Positions 55,369 through 64,000 of a stretch of DNA of 64,000 nt are shown here, one piece after another. A program made the position numbers and the translations under genes. Every line of letters begins with the position of its first letter. Positions within the stretch are counted from its first letter, which is position 1. Under the pieces are notes generated by a model, which saw only the letters and a program-made list of their open reading frames with translations, did not search any database and was not told the origin of the DNA. Source of the stretch: a virus; IMG/VR virus record IMGVR_UViG_3300025168_000036. The stretch is one strand, 5' to 3'.

Positions 55369-56466
55369 TTAGTATTCTAGCTTAACCTTAATTAATGCCT
55401 CTCTAGTAAAGTTTTTTAATAATGGTTTGCTTAACTTTGCAGTAGCTACCAATTCATTTTCATCATTAAACATACCTACAGTTGTCACATATACTTGTGG
55501 ATCTCTTACCATAGTTGCATGTCTTATTTGACCTGAGTCTGGCAATGTAAATGTTGGGTTTGTACTAAAGTTGTAGTCACCATTTTTAATTCTGCAGAAA
55601 TAGTGTGCAGATGTAATATCCTCTTGACTCCTTGCAACAAATGAAGAACCAGTATTTATATTTCTCCATATTGAATGATGGTGTAATAAATCTGTATTTG
55701 CTGATGATGTATATTGATGTAATGTAAATGCAGGGAATGTGCCTCCAGTATATACATTGGTTGCGGCTGTTGTAGTTGGTGATATTAATCTCTTTGAGAG
55801 AATCATTGTAGCAGCTTCAGGGTAAAACAGACCATATATATGAGTTGAATCAGATATAGAAGTATCAGAGCCACTAACTATATTATAGACAGACTTTCCA
55901 CCTTTTGTAAGTGGTGAGTTTGATTTGCTATCATCACATAATGTAAGAACGTGAGACCCAGATGATAAAGTCAAGGCCCAGTTTCCTGGATTCATTTGTT
56001 CCTTATAGTTTCTTCTGTCAATTGTTATTGCAAAAAACTCATGGTCATCAGTACCATTAACAGTAAATATATCATCAGTAGCATCAAGTAATATATTTGC
56101 ATACTGTGTGTATATTGCTTTTGAAGGTGTCATACCTTGTGATGCACCAGAACCAGAAGCAGAACTACTTCCAAAATAATTTCCGTATGCAACAGTAAAT
56201 TCTGGTTGTGTCCTAGCAGAATCGGAGAAGCTTTGAACATAATAGTTATTATGAGTTGCAGAAGATGTGAAGAAAGCTGCAGCCTTTAATGAGCCTGTTG
56301 TTCCAGCAGTCCACATTCCGTCAGTTACTGCTATTTTAGTATTTGATTCAATGACATCTTCAGACTCAAAGTCTTGAAAGACCTTAGCTTGAATCTGTTG
56401 TCTTCTTTTAACTACCTTTTGTTGTTGGATAGCTCTTCTATTTAATTTTGATATTCTTCTTGCCAT
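55369..56466 (-). CDS. Virion structural protein (baseplate/tail)
   Basis: C-terminal DYNFSTNPT...VYVTTVGMFND..LVATAKLSKPL..VKLEY. Confidence 0.75.
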   Translation of the reverse strand: MARRISKLNRRAIQQQKVVKRRQQIQAKVFQDFESEDVIESNTKIAVTDGMWTAGTTGSLKAAAFFTSSATHNNYYVQSFSDSARTQPEFTVAYGNYFGSSSASGSGASQGMTPSKAIYTQYANILLDATDDIFTVNGTDDHEFFAITIDRRNYKEQMNPGNWALTLSSGSHVLTLCDDSKSNSPLTKGGKSVYNIVSGSDTSISDSTHIYGLFYPEAATMILSKRLISPTTTAATNVYTGGTFPAFTLHQYTSSANTDLLHHHSIWRNINTGSSFVARSQEDITSAHYFCRIKNGDYNFSTNPTFTLPDSGQIRHATMVRDPQVYVTTVGMFNDENELVATAKLSKPLLKNFTREALIKVKLEY

Positions 56467-56478
56467 TTAATTATCCCG

Positions 56479-57117
56479 TTATGCTAATATATCTAGTGAT
56501 GCATCCTTTTTAATTGTCACTGGAATGTCTACACTACCACCTGTTTCATTTGCAGTTATTGTTATTGTTGTTGTACTATCTACTGTTAATTGTTTTGCTA
56601 CCAACTCAAACCTTAGACCAGTAACAGAAAGAGACTTAGCATCATCACCTAATACATCAGATGTAGTAGCAGATCCTATTGAACCACCTTGTGCCACCCT
56701 TAGTATTGCATAGTCACTATTTCCAAGTGTTGCGGTGTAGCCTAATACAGAATTACCATTTGATATATTTGCAGTAGTTGGTGTAATTACTTGTCTACTT
56801 CCAGGTCTTTGTAGTGTTATTGAAGATAATCCAGTTTCTAATACTGGAAGTCTTAATGTATTTTTACCCAAAGAGATAAGCTTGTATTTCATCATTTGAG
56901 TTTCTAATGGGAAAGCCTCTAGCATTGGTAGAGACTCTATTGCCTCACCATACTTATCTGATCCTTGATCATGTCCTGTGTCCCAGAGCCTGTAGTCTAT
57001 TTCATCATCTGCTAATGCAAATTTTGTAATTTCTAGCTCACCTTTAGCCAACAGCTCTCTGCCCTTCTTTGTAAGAATTGCATCTACTGTTAAACTTGTA
57101 TTATCTAAATATCCCAT
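56479..57117 (-). CDS. Virion structural protein (baseplate/tail)
   Basis: MGYLDNTSLTVDAILTKKGRELLA...ITKFALADDEIDY; GGGAG SD; class I promoter. Confidence 0.8.
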   Translation of the reverse strand: MGYLDNTSLTVDAILTKKGRELLAKGELEITKFALADDEIDYRLWDTGHDQGSDKYGEAIESLPMLEAFPLETQMMKYKLISLGKNTLRLPVLETGLSSITLQRPGSRQVITPTTANISNGNSVLGYTATLGNSDYAILRVAQGGSIGSATTSDVLGDDAKSLSVTGLRFELVAKQLTVDSTTTITITANETGGSVDIPVTIKKDASLDILA

Positions 57118-57147
57118 ATTGTTTCTCCCGAGTTGTATTGTATTTAA

Positions 57148-57157
57148 TATAAATATC
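57148..57157 (-). promoter_or_regulatory. Class I promoter
   Basis: GATATTTATA, intergenic. Confidence 0.7.
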
Positions 57158-57184
57158 TTTTAGTATATTTTTTGTTACGTATTA

Positions 57185-60100
57185 CTATGTTACGTTTAAT
57201 TTTCCACCTCTTGTATTTTCCCTAACAATAAGCTGGTTTGTTTTAATTAATATAAATGACACCAAAGGTCCACCATCAACAGTATCATCTGTATTTGTGT
57301 TGAATCCGTCAGCTCTTTGTTTACTACCTAGATAGTATAAGTTTTGTAAACCTTGATTTAGTTTTTCAAATCTTGGCAGCCTATGCCTTAGACTGCTTTC
57401 TGTTGGTGCGAAGTCTCTAACTCCATGACCAGCAGTAATTGCCCTTGAATCCATCCAAGTAAAGTTTTCCAGACTTGATGTTGTACCTAGCTGCCATGAT
57501 GATTGTGATACCCACAACCCATTTGAATACATACCTTCACCCGACATATCTACTAATGCAACATATGTATCTGCATTAGAGTAGTCTCCATCTCTTGAAA
57601 GAGCAGGGTCAAACAACTTATCTGTGCCTATTGCATTTATAAAGCTAGCAGTCATATCAGTTACTACACCTTCAAATGTAAAGTTTTCTCTGTATTCATC
57701 TCTTTGCCTTACTCCTGATGAGTCAAAACTTTGTAATGAAGGACTTGTAGCATCATATAATACACTTGGTTGACCTTGAACCTTTGACCTTTCTAGAGAG
57801 TGAGGCTTTATAATTAGACCTACCCTCTTTACTGCTCTTGCAGGTAATAAGTTTTCAAGCTGTCTAAAGAACCCTTTATTAAAATAGTTTAGAATTTTTG
57901 CAAATTCAAACGGATTGCCTGCTTTAGAATATTTCTTAAAGTATTCATCTCTTAACTCTTTAAGCTGTGGATAGTGAGTTTTATATCTATCCCTTGGGTC
58001 ACCTACAAAGTCATCAACTCTATTTTCACCAAATTGATATGCTATATCTAAGTCTGTATTATCTGTTGGTGATAGTGCAACCTGAACTATATTTGAGTCT
58101 TTTCCTATAAAGTCTAGTGAGCTACTATCATGAGTCTTATTTGGAGATAAGAATCCATCACTATATGTTTCTAAGTTTCTTATCTTTCTATCACTTCTTT
58201 TATTACCTATAGAGTTAGGTACAGATATATAGTGTTCTTCTATTTGCTCTTTATAATTTCCATCTGTATCTGTTTCATTTCTAAAATTCTGAAATAGTGC
58301 CCAATCTTTTACTGTGGTGCCATTATAAAAATAACTTGAAGGTTGACTTTGATTTGGATGACTTGAGCTAACATGTATCTCGCCTTCTATTTCATTATGA
58401 TTATATACAACACCATCAGATCCTAGCGTAAACCTTCTTACTAGTGTATCATATGAACTTGTATAATGATTACCAAAGTATGCTGTTGGTGCCATAGTAT
58501 GCTTATGGAATGTTTCTTCGCTTATTTCTTCTGCATATTCTCTATATTCTTGTAATGAACCTGAAAAGTTCATATCCGGAGCATCTGTACTATAGCTCCA
58601 ACCGCTACCAGTTGTAAAGTGTTGGGCCCAATTACTGGTGTATGATGGAAGGAATAGCGAGGAATATCCTAGCTTATATTGGGTATTACTTAGTACAGTC
58701 TTAAACTGGTCATTATAATCTGCAGCAAGTCCTCCACCAGAACCATTTACTGTTAATTGTGCAGTTCCACTATGTGTTATCTGGTTGTCCTCATGATCGC
58801 CAGACTTAGCACACCTTAGTGTATAAACTACATTTACACCACTTGATACTAATGGTACATCTGTTGATAGCTGTAAATTCCACCAGTCGCCATCAAATAT
58901 AGGTAGTTCTATTGAAGCAGAAACAATAGGGTCTGAATCTGTTTCTCCTATATAAAACTTAACCGCACCAACACTTCCAGTCCCACCGCCTATAGGTTGT
59001 AGAAGTATTCCCCATCTATTTGAGCCTAGTATTAGTGATTGTGGAGTTAGTTGTGAAGACTGACTATATGACTTAAATCTTAGTTGGATAGTTTGAGGAA
59101 AAGCGTTGACATCAAGACCATTAATATTTGATGAATTGTGTGATGATCTACCTAAGCCTATACATGCACTTTCACTTATATGTATACCATAATTATGCTT
59201 AGTTATTTCTTGAAAGTCAGCTCCATCAATTGGTGCACTTCCTCCAAACTCCTGAACATTCATAAGAGTTTTAGGTATGCCATAGCAAGATAAGAATGTA
59301 TTTATACTTCTTTTTGTACCTTTACTTTTTAGCAGTTGAGGTAGATTATTTAGAATTCTTTTCCAGATCTGCTTATCGACATCTTCAAAGCTTGGAGTTT
59401 CTTTTCCTGGTATATATGAGACTGAGCCTCTATATCTTTCTGGTTGTGTATATAAGTCTTGAACTGACTGTGTTGTCATTAACCTACCATATACTCTTAC
59501 ATCATCCAAACTTCCTGTGAACATGTTGTCATCTGAGAATGGGGTAGTCTCTGATTTACCACCTATAGATATACCTTGTCTTTCAAATGTTTGGCCATGT
59601 TGTGTTCCATATGAAACTGATGAGGATGGGAAATTATAACTTGCATCTAGTCCAGTTTGAGCACTTGTGTCTTTTAACCTATGCTGCCCATTAACAAAGA
59701 AGTCAACAACTTCATTTCTATCAACATTCATTACGTAGTGGGTAAGTGAACCTGTTGCCTCGCTATTTGTTATAGTTACATTGGTGGCAGATAGACCTCC
59801 GTTCTTGTCAGCAAATAATACCCCTATTCCTGAACTCAGACTATTAAAGATGCCGAATCCAGGGCCTTGTTCTACAACACCGTCCTCATCATTATCACCA
59901 TATGATCTTGCATCCAATATTGTATACAGTCTACTACTCTCAAAAGTCCATGCTGTTGAGTCAAATTTTGCCCAAAACGATACTGAAAAGCTACCTGAAT
60001 TTATCCAGTCACTTTCTCCTGCAGCATATGTTGACATAGACCCACTTGGTGTTGAATAGACACCTGCATTCCCAAATGCACCAACTTCTGTGCTAAAGTT

Positions 60101-61873
60101 TTCAATTGCTTCTTGGTTATATACTGTATCACCTGAGCCATCAATTGTTCTTGCAACATATGTTCTATTATACTTACTTGTATCTGCAAGTGTGAAGTTT
60201 CCGTCTTTATTTTCATATCCTACCCTTAATAATAAGTCATCATAATATGATTCAACTTCATTTCCAGGTACATAGCTACCACTTGCATCTGTTCCATTTA
60301 CATAATCCCAAAGTTCGGCAAGATCAAAACCAGGTTGTAATGTCCAGCCCATACTCTTAGCTGCTTCATAGATTAGGTCTTTAGATATACCTTCATAAAG
60401 GCTTTCGTCTCTATTATTTATTTTTGCAATATGCTTTATATATGTATATATTGAATCAAAGTGGTGTCCTATCATATCTACAAATAATAGATAGTCAGAA
60501 TTACTACTATCAAGCTTAATATGGTCTGGCACTTGCTCCTTAAGTGTGTGAGGATTATTTGTATCATGATAGCTTGCAGTTGCCAACTGTCTTGTAAACC
60601 AGTCTGTTGCTTCTACGCTTTCTGCAGAAGCCAATGTGTAGGGTTTAGATGAATTTGTTTTAGGCCAAGTTGAGTTATAATATGATACATAGTTTATATC
60701 TGTCTTAAAGTCTTCTATATCTAGTCTGTTTCTGTCCTCACCTGCAGAGTGTGATGAGTAATATAGATACTTTTCATAGCCATCAAAACTTACCTTTATA
60801 TCATTTAGCTTTGACTCATATATTGCTTTATTCTCTAAGAACTCTACAGAACCTGTTGCACCTCCATGTAATAAGCCATCAAGCTGTGAAGTTACAAAAT
60901 CTACTTGGCTATTATAATATTCTATTTGCTTAACTTTTAACTTAAAGTTATTTAATCTCTCAGTTGCAGAACTAAAGCATACAAAGTTATTATAATCTCT
61001 ATAGTCTACATTAAGCGTTGAATTAATATTACTAGAACTTAATACAAGATTTTTTATACTTTGAGTAACACTACCGGTTGCATTAAGCAGCTGATCTTGA
61101 CTTCTATATTCTACTGTTCCTGCTTGAGGTAGCTCATTATAGCTATATCTAAATGCAGGTTGTCTAAGCCTATTGTGTTCCTCTTCTTGTTCATCTTGTA
61201 GCTGTACATTTATTGTTGTTGTAAAAGGTAGTAGCTTTTGGTGGTATAGATTTAGTATATCACCTTCATTAATTTCATCTGGTAATGGTTGTGCTAATCT
61301 TAATATTGTAGAGTTTGACTTTCCGTATTTATCTCTTGCCCAAGAAACAACCATACATTCATATGTTGCATTAAACCATGCAACTGCAGTTTGTTGTATT
61401 ATATCTCCTTGAGAAGCTTCACCTGCATCAGACCACTGTCTAAATTTACCAACAGAGGCTTCATCATCAGTATATGCTAGCTCAACCCTTATCTCTCTTC
61501 TGTCTGCAGAAATTTCTGGTACTATAAATGTTGCATCAGTGTTAAATATTCTTTGATAGAAATTACCTATTAACATAAACTCACCATGAGTTATCTGAAA
61601 TTCATCTGCAACTAAGCCATAAAGGTCAATCTTAAATTTGTTTTCTGAGAACGAAGTGTATTGCTCTTCTGAGTCTCCTGTATATATAAATTGTATTTCA
61701 TTATCTTGATAGAACTTTAATATAAAGAAGTCTTCTGTATTTGGGCCTAGTATAAGTGACTCATCTGTGAATCTAGACAACGTTCGATGCCATACCTGAT
61801 GTGGCAAAGATATTATTCTCTCACCTATTGTATACTTTGGGTCTTTCTGACCGTTATCTAAGAATAGCTTCAT
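57185..61873 (-). CDS. Large baseplate wedge-like protein with a LamG/concanavalin A-like domain
   Basis: 1562 aa; SFSVSFWAK...FVNG...FTGSLDDVRVYGR (LamG); LLKSKGTKRSI and LLPARA wedge-like motifs. Confidence 0.7.
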   Translation of the reverse strand: MKLFLDNGQKDPKYTIGERIISLPHQVWHRTLSRFTDESLILGPNTEDFFILKFYQDNEIQFIYTGDSEEQYTSFSENKFKIDLYGLVADEFQITHGEFMLIGNFYQRIFNTDATFIVPEISADRREIRVELAYTDDEASVGKFRQWSDAGEASQGDIIQQTAVAWFNATYECMVVSWARDKYGKSNSTILRLAQPLPDEINEGDILNLYHQKLLPFTTTINVQLQDEQEEEHNRLRQPAFRYSYNELPQAGTVEYRSQDQLLNATGSVTQSIKNLVLSSSNINSTLNVDYRDYNNFVCFSSATERLNNFKLKVKQIEYYNSQVDFVTSQLDGLLHGGATGSVEFLENKAIYESKLNDIKVSFDGYEKYLYYSSHSAGEDRNRLDIEDFKTDINYVSYYNSTWPKTNSSKPYTLASAESVEATDWFTRQLATASYHDTNNPHTLKEQVPDHIKLDSSNSDYLLFVDMIGHHFDSIYTYIKHIAKINNRDESLYEGISKDLIYEAAKSMGWTLQPGFDLAELWDYVNGTDASGSYVPGNEVESYYDDLLLRVGYENKDGNFTLADTSKYNRTYVARTIDGSGDTVYNQEAIENFSTEVGAFGNAGVYSTPSGSMSTYAAGESDWINSGSFSVSFWAKFDSTAWTFESSRLYTILDARSYGDNDEDGVVEQGPGFGIFNSLSSGIGVLFADKNGGLSATNVTITNSEATGSLTHYVMNVDRNEVVDFFVNGQHRLKDTSAQTGLDASYNFPSSSVSYGTQHGQTFERQGISIGGKSETTPFSDDNMFTGSLDDVRVYGRLMTTQSVQDLYTQPERYRGSVSYIPGKETPSFEDVDKQIWKRILNNLPQLLKSKGTKRSINTFLSCYGIPKTLMNVQEFGGSAPIDGADFQEITKHNYGIHISESACIGLGRSSHNSSNINGLDVNAFPQTIQLRFKSYSQSSQLTPQSLILGSNRWGILLQPIGGGTGSVGAVKFYIGETDSDPIVSASIELPIFDGDWWNLQLSTDVPLVSSGVNVVYTLRCAKSGDHEDNQITHSGTAQLTVNGSGGGLAADYNDQFKTVLSNTQYKLGYSSLFLPSYTSNWAQHFTTGSGWSYSTDAPDMNFSGSLQEYREYAEEISEETFHKHTMAPTAYFGNHYTSSYDTLVRRFTLGSDGVVYNHNEIEGEIHVSSSHPNQSQPSSYFYNGTTVKDWALFQNFRNETDTDGNYKEQIEEHYISVPNSIGNKRSDRKIRNLETYSDGFLSPNKTHDSSSLDFIGKDSNIVQVALSPTDNTDLDIAYQFGENRVDDFVGDPRDRYKTHYPQLKELRDEYFKKYSKAGNPFEFAKILNYFNKGFFRQLENLLPARAVKRVGLIIKPHSLERSKVQGQPSVLYDATSPSLQSFDSSGVRQRDEYRENFTFEGVVTDMTASFINAIGTDKLFDPALSRDGDYSNADTYVALVDMSGEGMYSNGLWVSQSSWQLGTTSSLENFTWMDSRAITAGHGVRDFAPTESSLRHRLPRFEKLNQGLQNLYYLGSKQRADGFNTNTDDTVDGGPLVSFILIKTNQLIVRENTRGGKLNVT

Positions 61874-63306
61874 AAACTTATCTCCTTGTAGTCATCAAAA
61901 TTATTTCCATCATATATATACTCAATTTCATTTTCATAGACCTTAAATCTAATGTGAACCTTTCGTATTGTTTTTTTATTTTCTATCCTAAAAGCTTTTG
62001 GGCCAGTTGTGTAATTTGGAGTTTGTATTCCTGCAGAAAGTCTTCCTAACTTTGATAGCTCAAGTGTTGGTTGAAAGTCAACTTTTGCCCAACTAAAAAA
62101 ATCTCTTTCGTGTAGCTCTCTTATTGTATATACTGTTTTTCTAGGCCTATAGGTTTGCCCTTCCGAGTCTCTCTTAAATCCAAATTTTGCATTTTTGTTC
62201 TTTGTTGTTTGCCCAAATTTGGAAGCAAAAAGATCTACCTCAATCTTCCAATTATCCTTATAGTATTCTGGTATTGTTTCATAATCTTCACATGTAAAGT
62301 GCAACATAAATCTGTGGTGTGCCCAATATCCAGAATTCAAACCAGTACTATTTGTCTTTGATTTATCTACTGCAAATAAACCTCCATGCCTTGATTTTGG
62401 CCTAGTCATTAAGTCATCCCAAGCCCAATATGTCTGGTTTTGCTGCCTATATGAACCATATTTATTACTTACTTGAAACTTTCTACTTATTGTAGCACTT
62501 CCAAAGTCATTATATACTTCTGCAGTTATAGTTTGTATTGTATTGTCTTTTTCACCTACATTAAATAATTGAATATATTCATTGCCACCATAGAGCCCTT
62601 CCTTTATAACTTCACCATCATGATAGAACTTATACTTTAAACCTTTATCTATTCCCTTCTTTGTGTCTAAGTCAATATAGTTTACTGCATCAAAGATGAA
62701 GAATAGTGCATGGCTGTCTTCTGAGAATTGATATACATAGTCTGTTAAATTTTCTGATTCTGGAGATGGAGAGTCTGGAAATACCCACCAATTGGAGTCA
62801 GGCACCTTCTGGCCAGATTGATCTGTGACATCTCTAAAGTTTCTTGCACCTAATTTTATTTGTATTGGTGCAGCATTTGGTAAAGGATTAGCTGCTAGTA
62901 ACTCATCTGTTATCTCGCAGTCTATTTTATCTCTAAATGTTTGCGATTCAAACTGAATATTATTAGGTGGTATTTCTATAATTGGATATCCATCAGCCTC
63001 TTTGTCAATTAAGAATCTTCCTTGATTGTCAAATTTATATAATGCATCAGATTCATCTTCAAATATTGAAGGTATATTTCCAAATCCAGCCTGGTTAGTA
63101 AATTGTGGCATATCTGAGATTTCAGTTTCAATTGCCTCTTGTGCTGCATCTCTTACACTTTTACCTTTAACATTAAGACTTTTTACTAGCTTCTCATTTT
63201 TCTCAATGTCTGCAATTGCAGAAGCTAACTTATTCTCATCTGTTGATGTGAGTACCCACCTTCCAGTTGCTTTTGGTTTGTCTTCTGGTTTCTCTATTCT
63301 TCTCAT
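61870..63306 (-). CDS. Hypothetical protein in structural operon
   Basis: 478 aa; GAGG SD; overlaps next gene. Confidence 0.75.
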   Translation of the reverse strand: MRRIEKPEDKPKATGRWVLTSTDENKLASAIADIEKNEKLVKSLNVKGKSVRDAAQEAIETEISDMPQFTNQAGFGNIPSIFEDESDALYKFDNQGRFLIDKEADGYPIIEIPPNNIQFESQTFRDKIDCEITDELLAANPLPNAAPIQIKLGARNFRDVTDQSGQKVPDSNWWVFPDSPSPESENLTDYVYQFSEDSHALFFIFDAVNYIDLDTKKGIDKGLKYKFYHDGEVIKEGLYGGNEYIQLFNVGEKDNTIQTITAEVYNDFGSATISRKFQVSNKYGSYRQQNQTYWAWDDLMTRPKSRHGGLFAVDKSKTNSTGLNSGYWAHHRFMLHFTCEDYETIPEYYKDNWKIEVDLFASKFGQTTKNKNAKFGFKRDSEGQTYRPRKTVYTIRELHERDFFSWAKVDFQPTLELSKLGRLSAGIQTPNYTTGPKAFRIENKKTIRKVHIRFKVYENEIEYIYDGNNFDDYKEISL

Positions 63307-63307
63307 A

Positions 63308-64000
63308 TTATACTACCTCGAAGTGATCTTTGGAGTCAAAATATTCAACTCCACCTTCTGCAATTCTATCTACTACTTTGATTACTGGTTTATATATTCT
63401 ATCTTTTGGGAAGCCTTCAAGTGGTACATCAAAGTACATACCTTCTGAATCTGCACATACCTTAGTAAATATATCATCATATCCTAATATCTCTTCATCT
63501 GTTCTCACATCAACAATTGAGTAGTATGATCTTGCGGATGTAAATGTCTTTATTGTATCTGCCTGTGGAGAAGTCGAATAAGATGCTGTTGGGAATGATT
63601 CTCTTACAACAGGTCTAAATCTTACTGTAGATCTACTATCATACTTTCCAGAGTTACCTCTATAATAAACTGTTGCCTGGTCTGTTCCAATAACTTTATT
63701 TGTTGAACTCCAACTATAGTCATCATATTTAAGCTCAAGTCTTGGTTGGTATACTGTATGTGTGTCATTTGAGAAAAACTTTTTTGAACCTACAAATATG
63801 GCTCCATGTTCTTCATCATTCGGAGTATGCATAATCATTAAGCCATTCATATTAGTTCCAGAAGATTCAGTTACCAAACCATAATATGTAGTTATATCAA
63901 ATGTCATATCATATTGATCGGCATCATGATAATATATATTGCTTGGGTAACCTGATTCAGCACTACCACTATTACTACCTGTATAATAGACTGGGCCTTT
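63308..64000 (-). CDS. Virion structural protein, 5' part outside the window
   Basis: Frame is open from 63907 to the window edge; KFFSNDTHTVYQPRLELKYDD (DNRLRE-like). Confidence 0.7.
   Translation of the reverse strand, partial: KGPVYYTGSNSGSAESGYPSNIYYHDADQYDMTFDITTYYGLVTESSGTNMNGLMIMHTPNDEEHGAIFVGSKKFFSNDTHTVYQPRLELKYDDYSWSSTNKVIGTDQATVYYRGNSGKYDSRSTVRFRPVVRESFPTASYSTSPQADTIKTFTSARSYYSIVDVRTDEEILGYDDIFTKVCADSEGMYFDVPLEGFPKDRIYKPVIKVVDRIAEGGVEYFDSKDHFEVV

Noticed and set aside
305-63524. All plus-strand ORFs in the track (e.g. 9820-10191, 28268-28756, 49796-50302)
   Set aside because: They are antisense shadows of well-supported minus-strand genes, with Ser/Phe/Leu-biased composition and no supporting signals
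1-64000. Alternative genetic code, tRNA genes, introns or inteins
   Set aside because: Core genes are full length under code 11 with TAA, TAG and TGA all used as stops; intergenic gaps are short with no cloverleaf seen; terminase, portal, capsid and primase have normal sizes

Overview
This 64 kb, AT-rich window is part of a large T4-related (RM378-like, bS21-encoding) myophage genome. Every credible gene is on the minus strand. It carries most of the virion module: terminase, portal, prohead protease, scaffold, major capsid, neck, tail terminator, sheath, tube, tail chaperones, tape measure, baseplate and fibre proteins. Interspersed are DNA-metabolism genes (exonuclease-less family A polymerase, primase, fused Mre11/Rad50, T7 endonuclease I-like resolvase, PhoH), a SET-domain gene, a holin and a phage ribosomal protein bS21. 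Two promoter classes can be read from the sequence: AATTT-N21-TATATT (resembling the Bacteroidota housekeeping promoter) and GATATTTAT(A/T) (putative late). Main observations: (1) host-type-promoter genes, including bS21, mostly lack Shine-Dalgarno (SD) sites while most late genes have them, suggesting a bS21-driven ribosome switch; (2) a family of modular proteins with a shared N-terminal amphipathic tag and (I/L/V/M)-x-E boundaries looks like capsid-packaged, protease-processed cargo, and one member joins a nucleotidyltransferase to an RNA-ligase-like domain; (3) a probable +1 frameshift links the two tail chaperone ORFs; (4) two small genes were missed by the ORF track, one with an apparent AUA start. 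No tRNA, rRNA, CRISPR array or mobile element was seen. All homology calls come from motif recognition and gene order, not database searches.
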